Shown: one piece after another, positions 58,471 through 64,000 of the stretch
How positions within the stretch are numbered: position 1 is the stretch's first letter
Layout: every line of letters begins with the position of its first letter
Source of the DNA: Bacteriovoracia bacterium
GTDB lineage: Bacteria; Bdellovibrionota; UBA1018; JBFWNL01
DNA length: 64,000 nucleotides
Direction of reading: 5' to 3'
Assembly (NCBI GenBank): GCA_050251055.1
Contig: JBFWNL010000002.1
Location: 384,001 to 448,000, forward strand
Program-made: the position numbers and the translations under genes
The notes under the pieces: generated by a model
The model's input: the letters and a program-made list of their open reading frames with translations, nothing else
What the model was told of the DNA's origin: nothing
Database searches by the model: none

Positions 58471-59631
58471 GTGAATAGTTACAAGAAAGCTGGAAGAATA
58501 GGCCAAGTGAATCCGCGTTCCCCATCTCGCACTCGTTGGGTTAGCCTGACTCTGATCGTGACCGTAGGCGTTCTGGTCACCGCCCTGGGATGTGGTGCGC
58601 AGTTCTTGCGTTCGGTTCGGGCGCATTCGTTGGGATTCGTCACCTTGATCAATGCAGTGGGATCGTTTCGAATCGACGGAACGACGGGTTTGATTTCGGA
58701 ATATTCAGAAACCGCCACCACCGGCAGCTTCCACGACCTAGCCATCCGCTCGGACGGATCCAAGTTCTTTGGCAGCGGACCCTCCTCCTCCGCCCGTGCC
58801 TACCAGATCACCCCGCGCCCCGTGTCCCTGAGCGCACTGACTTCACCGGCCGTGGCCTTCATGCTAAGCGCCCTACGCTGGACCCGCTCCGACCGGTTTC
58901 TGATCGCCGGTACCTCCGACGGAAAAGTTGAAACTTACGGAACTTCGGCCACCAGCGAGCTTGCCCTCATTCAAACGCAAAGCGCTGGAGGATCCGGTAG
59001 CCTCGTACTAAAGATCGCGACTCACCCGGAAGGAAGAGTAGTCGCCGTGGTTAGCTCGAGCTCTCCCCGCCTGACGACCTACCTGCTGAGCGACGAAGGG
59101 CTGCTCACGCCCGCATTCCAATATGCCAACGTCGGCGGATCCCAAGCTATTGAGCTGCATCCCTCGGGAAGTTTTCTCTACACCGGCCTCGTCTTATCGA
59201 GCTACCGCGTGGACGGGCAAAGCGGAGAGGTGGTGAAAATCCAGACCGTCTCCCCGGCGTTCGTCACGAGCTACTCCGCGCTTACACCCGAAGGAAGCTG
59301 GCTGTTCGTGGCGAACTATTCGGGCTCCACCCACTTCAGCACGATCAAAAGTTTCTCCGTGGACGCCAACAGCGGGCTCCTCACGGAATCCGCCAGCTTC
59401 TCCTTGGAGGAATACGAGCAAATTCTATCCTTGGCTCCGCATCCGGACGGTGGATTCTTGTACGGGCTCACCGATCAGAAGAAAATCCATGTATTCGCGA
59501 TCAACGCCACGGACGGGAGTCTCCGACAGGTCGGCGTACAGGCGACCACGGGGAACGTATCAAACTTCGACGCGCGCTCGCGCCTTTTCACGATCCGCTT
59601 CCAGGAAAGCATCACCTCGCTCCAATACTGA
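58471..59631 (+). CDS. Beta-propeller lipoprotein (lactonase-like), paralog of 10501..11610
   Basis: Lipobox TALG-C; HPEGRVV, HPSGSFLY, TPEGSWLF and HPDGGFLY blades. Confidence 0.78.
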   Translation: MNSYKKAGRIGQVNPRSPSRTRWVSLTLIVTVGVLVTALGCGAQFLRSVRAHSLGFVTLINAVGSFRIDGTTGLISEYSETATTGSFHDLAIRSDGSKFFGSGPSSSARAYQITPRPVSLSALTSPAVAFMLSALRWTRSDRFLIAGTSDGKVETYGTSATSELALIQTQSAGGSGSLVLKIATHPEGRVVAVVSSSSPRLTTYLLSDEGLLTPAFQYANVGGSQAIELHPSGSFLYTGLVLSSYRVDGQSGEVVKIQTVSPAFVTSYSALTPEGSWLFVANYSGSTHFSTIKSFSVDANSGLLTESASFSLEEYEQILSLAPHPDGGFLYGLTDQKKIHVFAINATDGSLRQVGVQATTGNVSNFDARSRLFTIRFQESITSLQY

Positions 59632-59674
59632 AAGTCCGGAATGCGTCTTTTTTGACCCCCCACTAGGCAATTCA

Positions 59675-59691
59675 GTAAACACACAGAAAAC
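59675..59691 (+). promoter_or_regulatory. Direct-repeat operator candidate GTAAAC-ACACA-GAAAAC
   Basis: 91 nt upstream of ATG 59783. Confidence 0.55.
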
Positions 59692-59782
59692 ACTACTTCG
59701 CAAAAAATCCACCAAAACATCGGCATTTTCTGCGGTTTTACTCATGATTGAAACAGGGGAACAAATCGTAAGGGGGCTCAGG

Positions 59783-62116
59783 ATGAAACGTGACCAAGGC
59801 GGTTTCAGCTTACTGGAAGTGATGGTGGGCATGGGGGTAGCCACGGCGCTCTCCCTCGGGGTAGCCGGAGTCATCTCCTCTACGGCCAAACAAACCAAGA
59901 TCGTCGACAACCGCTCACGCGCCGCCCTCGCTTCGAACTCAATCCAGCAGATGCTCGGCAACGCTTCGGTCTGCGCCCATGCCTTCCGCCGGGTCGACCA
60001 TGCCTCCTCCGAGCCCGCCCGCGTGAACCTCACCGACCAGCCCCTGCCCTACACGGAGAGCGCGGAAGGCGCGCACGCCAAGGTCGAGGGCGCCGTTGGC
60101 GTACCGCAAGGGAACTTGGCGTTTCAAGCCATTTACCTAGGCCCCTCGCGCGTGGCATCGTTTGGGGCGCTCCTACCGGATACCTCCACTTTAAAAGTCG
60201 AAGAACTCCAATTCGTGCGTCTCGATTCTCCCAGCCCAACCCCTGGGGGAGGAGCGTTCATCACGCCGTTTGAACTGCGGCTGACCGTCTCCTCCCCCAG
60301 CCCCCAAGGGGCCACCAAATATAAATATTTTTTGAACGTCGAAACCCTTAGAGCCGATGGCCTGGAGCCGATCCGAGGATGTTCGATCCAAAACGGAATC
60401 GCGGGTAGCGGTAGCGGCACGCCCGGACGCTTGGCCAAGTGGGCCAACGCCACGACTCTCACCGATAGCGTCGTCCACGAACGTAACGGTAACATCGGGA
60501 TCGGAACCACCAATCCCGACACGGCGCTCACGATTGGCAGCTACCGAAGCACCGATCGTCTGCGCGTCAACACCAGCGACCTAGGTTTGTTGGTCGAAGT
60601 GAAGAATCCCAGTTCTCCCACCGAAGCGGATGTTGCGCAGCTCTTCGCCGGTATCCTGGAAAAAAACACTCTGGTCACCGGCGACCGCGCGCAGCTGCGG
60701 TTGGGCTTCAAGGCCAATAACGATGGAACGCCGGGAGATCTCCGAACCTTCGCGGCCGTGGAAGGCGTGGCGGAAAACGCCCAAGGCGCCACCCGCCGAA
60801 CGGGCCTGCGGTTACTCACCTCCGACACCGGTCACTCGCAGGCGCAGGAGCGCCTTCGCATCAGCGGCGCGGGGAAGGTGGGTATCGGCACGGCGGCGCC
60901 GCAGGAAGCCTTACAGATCGGACCCGAATGGACGTTTCGCGACGGCTACGGCGCGGGCAAATGGATCGTCTTCAACGGATTCTGGGAAGGCAGCAAATGG
61001 CAGTATCTAACTACGAATCCGATGTCGTTCCTGCACTTCGGTTACGACGGAAAAATCTCGTTCGGAGCGAACCCGACCGCGCCGGCGGGTAGCCAGACGA
61101 CCACTCCCCCAAAACACCTCACGATCGCCAACGACGGCAATATCGGCATCGGCACGGACAACCCCGCGGACCGCCTGGTGGTGCGAGGGCCGGCGCCTTC
61201 GCTGCGCGTGATCGATTCGGGCGCGGCGGCGGATTATGCGCAAGTGGGCGCAATTAGCGGCGCGGTAAGCGTACTTTACGGCGCCAACGCCGCGGCCTCC
61301 GGCGGGTACGGATACGTAGGCACCCAGACGAATCACCCGCTACGTTTTTACACCAATGCCGGGGCGGCCGGAGCGCCCGCCCTGACTATCACCAACAACG
61401 GCCTGATCGGCGTCGGCTCGTCGACACCGACCGAGAAGCTCGAAATCCTCGCGGGCGACCTCGCCATGAGCAACAACACCTCCATTCGTATGCGCGATAA
61501 CACGGGAACCAAGCGGGCCGCCTTGAGCTACACCTACGCCAACAACCTGCAGCTATTCAATCGGGCGGCGACCGGCGACGTGCAAATCGGCAACACGAAC
61601 AACCCCTCCGGCGAAGTGCACTTTTACACTGCGTCGACGAATGGCTCCGGGATCGAGGTACGTCGGGCCACCATCGGTGCCCAGGGCCTCACTCTCGTCA
61701 ACAACGGCAAAATTTACGTGGACAACATCCAGATTTGCTCCATCGCCGGTTGCACATCGAGTTCGGACCGCCGCCTGAAGGAAAACATCACCTCGTTAGA
61801 CGCCGACGAGTCGCTGGCGAAAATCCTCGGCCTGCAAGGGGTGACATACGACTGGAAAGATCGGGCTCGCTTCGGGGCCTCCCGTCAAATCGGCCTCATC
61901 GCCCAGGAAGTAGAGCGCATCTATCCCGAGGCCGTGGTGACGAATGAAAAAACGGGGTTGAAATCCATCGCCTACGATCACCTCGTGGCGCCCTTGATCG
62001 AGGCGGTCAAGGCCCTTTACGAGAAACTGGGCGGACGCTTGGAAAAGCTGGAGCGCGAGAACGCCGAGCTCAAAGCGCGGCTGGCACGAGTCGAAGCCGC
62101 GCTGGCGAAACGATAA
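59783..62116 (+). CDS. Prepilin-headed fibre protein with C-terminal S74 intramolecular chaperone
   Basis: G|FSLLEVMVGMGV; GNIGIGTTNP-type shaft repeats (4); S|DRRLKENI...IGLIAQEVE S74 domain; terminal coiled coil. Confidence 0.88.
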   Translation: MKRDQGGFSLLEVMVGMGVATALSLGVAGVISSTAKQTKIVDNRSRAALASNSIQQMLGNASVCAHAFRRVDHASSEPARVNLTDQPLPYTESAEGAHAKVEGAVGVPQGNLAFQAIYLGPSRVASFGALLPDTSTLKVEELQFVRLDSPSPTPGGGAFITPFELRLTVSSPSPQGATKYKYFLNVETLRADGLEPIRGCSIQNGIAGSGSGTPGRLAKWANATTLTDSVVHERNGNIGIGTTNPDTALTIGSYRSTDRLRVNTSDLGLLVEVKNPSSPTEADVAQLFAGILEKNTLVTGDRAQLRLGFKANNDGTPGDLRTFAAVEGVAENAQGATRRTGLRLLTSDTGHSQAQERLRISGAGKVGIGTAAPQEALQIGPEWTFRDGYGAGKWIVFNGFWEGSKWQYLTTNPMSFLHFGYDGKISFGANPTAPAGSQTTTPPKHLTIANDGNIGIGTDNPADRLVVRGPAPSLRVIDSGAAADYAQVGAISGAVSVLYGANAAASGGYGYVGTQTNHPLRFYTNAGAAGAPALTITNNGLIGVGSSTPTEKLEILAGDLAMSNNTSIRMRDNTGTKRAALSYTYANNLQLFNRAATGDVQIGNTNNPSGEVHFYTASTNGSGIEVRRATIGAQGLTLVNNGKIYVDNIQICSIAGCTSSSDRRLKENITSLDADESLAKILGLQGVTYDWKDRARFGASRQIGLIAQEVERIYPEAVVTNEKTGLKSIAYDHLVAPLIEAVKALYEKLGGRLEKLERENAELKARLARVEAALAKR

Positions 62117-62152
62117 GCCGCGCGGGGCCCAGCTCCCAGCTGGCCTAAAGCC

Positions 62153-62169
62153 GTTTACTAGGTGTTTTC
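62153..62169 (-). promoter_or_regulatory. Direct-repeat operator candidate GAAAAC-ACCTA-GTAAAC, reversed relative to the regulator gene
   Basis: Intergenic, 59 nt upstream of 62229. Confidence 0.55.
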
Positions 62170-62228
62170 TGCATCCATAAAACCGTGTCCTGGATGACGC
62201 ATTTTAGCCGGAAAAGAGGGCAGATATA

Positions 62229-63128
62229 ATGTCTCTAAGGGGCCAATTCTTGAAAAAAAATTCCGTCCAGGAAAAATCCGCCCGCGGGCCGGTGATCTAC
62301 CAGTATCAAGACTACCGGGCTTTTCTCCGCGATTACTACCGGCACATGAAGCTGCTGCGGCCGGAGTTCTCCTTCCGCTTCCTCGCCAAACGAGGCGGCT
62401 TCAAGTCCTCCGCGATGTACAAGCTCGTAATGGAAGGGAAACGCAACCTCTCGCCGCGGGGGGCGACGAAGATCGCGCGGGCACTGAACCTCGGGCGACG
62501 CGAGTCGGATTTTTTCAAAAACCTCGTGAACTTCAACCAGTCCAAAACACCGCTACAACGGGAGCACTTCGCGGGCGAGCTCCTCGAAAGCGAAAAATAC
62601 AAGCAAACGCATCCGCTGAACGAAGCGCATTTCAACTATTTCTCGCGCTGGTTCTCGATCCCAATCCGGGAGATGGTCGGCGCCCAGGGTTTCCGCGACG
62701 ATCCGAACTTCATCGCCAAGCAGCTGATTCCCGCCATCGCCACCCATGACGCCAAGAAAGCCTTGAGCGAGCTGCAGGCGCTGGGGATCTTGGCGCGCAA
62801 TCCCGACACCGGCCGGCTCAAGCACAACACGTATTCGATCCTGACCCAAGACGAGGTGACTTCTTCCTACGCCGCGCAATTTCACCGCGAAATGATCCGG
62901 CTTGCGGGCGAAGCGATCGATCGCATCCCCAAGCCAGATCGTGACATTTCCGCCGCCACCTTCCTGCTGTCGGAAGAGGCCGCCCGCCAGTTCAAAGAAA
63001 CGATCCGCGCCATGCGCGACAAGCTCATGGACATCGTCGCCCACGACGACCGCAAGTCGCCGCGGGTCTATCAGGTGAATTTTCAGTTTTTTCCGCTCAG
63101 CCATGTCTTTCCGGAGGGCGAAGAATGA
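62229..63128 (+). CDS. TIGR02147/DUF4423-family protein with N-terminal HTH
   Basis: IYQYQDYRAFLRDYY...FSFRFLAKRGGFKSS; WFSIPIREM; VYQVNFQFFP; clear paralog of 14417..15301. Confidence 0.88.
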   Translation: MSLRGQFLKKNSVQEKSARGPVIYQYQDYRAFLRDYYRHMKLLRPEFSFRFLAKRGGFKSSAMYKLVMEGKRNLSPRGATKIARALNLGRRESDFFKNLVNFNQSKTPLQREHFAGELLESEKYKQTHPLNEAHFNYFSRWFSIPIREMVGAQGFRDDPNFIAKQLIPAIATHDAKKALSELQALGILARNPDTGRLKHNTYSILTQDEVTSSYAAQFHREMIRLAGEAIDRIPKPDRDISAATFLLSEEAARQFKETIRAMRDKLMDIVAHDDRKSPRVYQVNFQFFPLSHVFPEGEE

Positions 63129-63673
63129 TGGTTGCTTTCGGGGTTTTTTCGAAGTGGCGCGGGGTCGGGCCGGCGATGCTCGTCCTCATCGGGCTCCTGT
63201 CCGGTTGCGCGGGCACCGACACCGTTCATACCGGAACGATCATCGGCAACCCCGTTGATCCGGACACCATTCCGCCATTGATTCACTCCGAAGTCTTGCG
63301 GCAAACCATCTGTGACCGCGTCATCGAATGCGGCGTTCCTAATATAGAAATGGAAGGATGCCTGCGGGGAGTGAATGGAACCCGCAAAACCGTGCCGCGC
63401 CTTGGCCTGTCTTCCGTCTTGTACTATGATTTCGGAGCCGTGGTGAAAAGCGAACGCCAGGGGTTTTTACGCGCCAACGAGGCCGCCGCCATTCACTGCC
63501 GAAAGGCGGTGGAACACACGAGCTGCGCGGAGATCCACAACCTAAAGATCCAGCATTTCGGGTATGAACCCCTCAATACGCTGCTCGAGGAAACCGACGG
63601 ATACTGCTTGAACTTCTTCAACTACCTGGGAGCGACGAATCCGTTCGGTGGCGCGACAGGGAACGGCCACTGA
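63125..63673 (+). CDS. Cys-rich lipoprotein with GTIIGNP motif
   Basis: Lipobox LLSG-C; ATGA overlap with the regulator stop; Cys spacing resembles 15288..15854. Confidence 0.75.
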   Translation: MMVAFGVFSKWRGVGPAMLVLIGLLSGCAGTDTVHTGTIIGNPVDPDTIPPLIHSEVLRQTICDRVIECGVPNIEMEGCLRGVNGTRKTVPRLGLSSVLYYDFGAVVKSERQGFLRANEAAAIHCRKAVEHTSCAEIHNLKIQHFGYEPLNTLLEETDGYCLNFFNYLGATNPFGGATGNGH

Positions 63674-63691
63674 GATGGCCACAGAAGATCA

Positions 63692-63708
63692 GTAAACAGT
63701 TTGCAAAC
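63692..63708 (+). promoter_or_regulatory. Direct-repeat operator candidate GTAAAC-AGTTT-GCAAAC
   Basis: 83 nt upstream of ATG 63792. Confidence 0.55.
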
Positions 63709-63791
63709 AAAAACCACGAATCCAAGCTCTCCCCGCTCGATCTTCGTCCGCCGTATACGCTATTTTTAGGAACACCTAGAAGGAGTTCCCA

Positions 63792-64000
63792 ATGAAGAAA
63801 ACAATCGCTGGCATCCTCATGTTTTTAGCCTTAACCGGATCGACCATTTCCCTGAATGCTCCGTCGGCCCGTGCCGATGGCGGCGGGCTAGGTTGCGTCT
63901 ACTATCCAGCGGAAATTTTACCGCTTATCGAACAACTGGAAGAAGCTCACTTCATTTGTCTAATTGACTGCCGCAACGTTGCCGGGAACAACTACACGCT
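63792..64000 (+). CDS. Secreted Cys-containing protein (partial, runs off the window)
   Basis: AGGAG RBS at 63781; MKKTIAGILMFLAL...ARA-D signal peptide; open to the window end. Confidence 0.7.
   Translation, partial: MKKTIAGILMFLALTGSTISLNAPSARADGGGLGCVYYPAEILPLIEQLEEAHFICLIDCRNVAGNNYT

Noticed and set aside
59450-59782. N-terminal extension of the 888-aa ORF
   Set aside because: Overlaps the propeller gene and the motif-bearing spacer; the prepilin motif and RBS support ATG 59783.
59783-62116. Prophage suggested by the S74 tail-fibre domain
   Set aside because: No capsid, terminase, integrase or tail genes; the protein has a host-type prepilin signal.

Overview
GC-rich bacterial chromosome segment. 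Gene content (TIGR02147/DUF4423-type paralogs, S74 fibre, orphan FliL and TadG, many lipoproteins) suggests Bdellovibrionota/Oligoflexia; this is an inference. Housekeeping blocks are an ABC heterodimer-rluA, ldcA-engB, accA-yicC-gmk-relA/spoT-folE, lipA-E2-lpdA-lipB, pepE-recQ and tRNA-Leu(CAA). Two accessory loci (7.2-19.8 kb and 58.2-64 kb) share one architecture: a TIGR02147-like HTH protein translationally coupled to a Cys-rich 'GNP' lipoprotein, a beta-propeller lipoprotein, prepilin-headed adhesin/fibre proteins and a small Cys-containing secreted protein. Each locus has its own tandem direct-repeat motif upstream of its genes: GAATAC-N4-GAATAC four times, and G[ATC]AAAC-N5-G[ATC]AAAC four times. 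Together these suggest a regulator/lipoprotein-controlled pilin-adhesin module that I do not recognise as described. In locus 1, two pilin-like proteins and a large lipoprotein carry dockerin-like domains. Other signals: two copies of a long palindromic element with GGA-loop hairpins (one extends into the tRNA 3' end), a candidate sigma54-dependent CU-rich sRNA with a sibling module, and several unusual secreted enzymes or pseudo-enzymes. No CRISPR array, integrase or transposase was seen.
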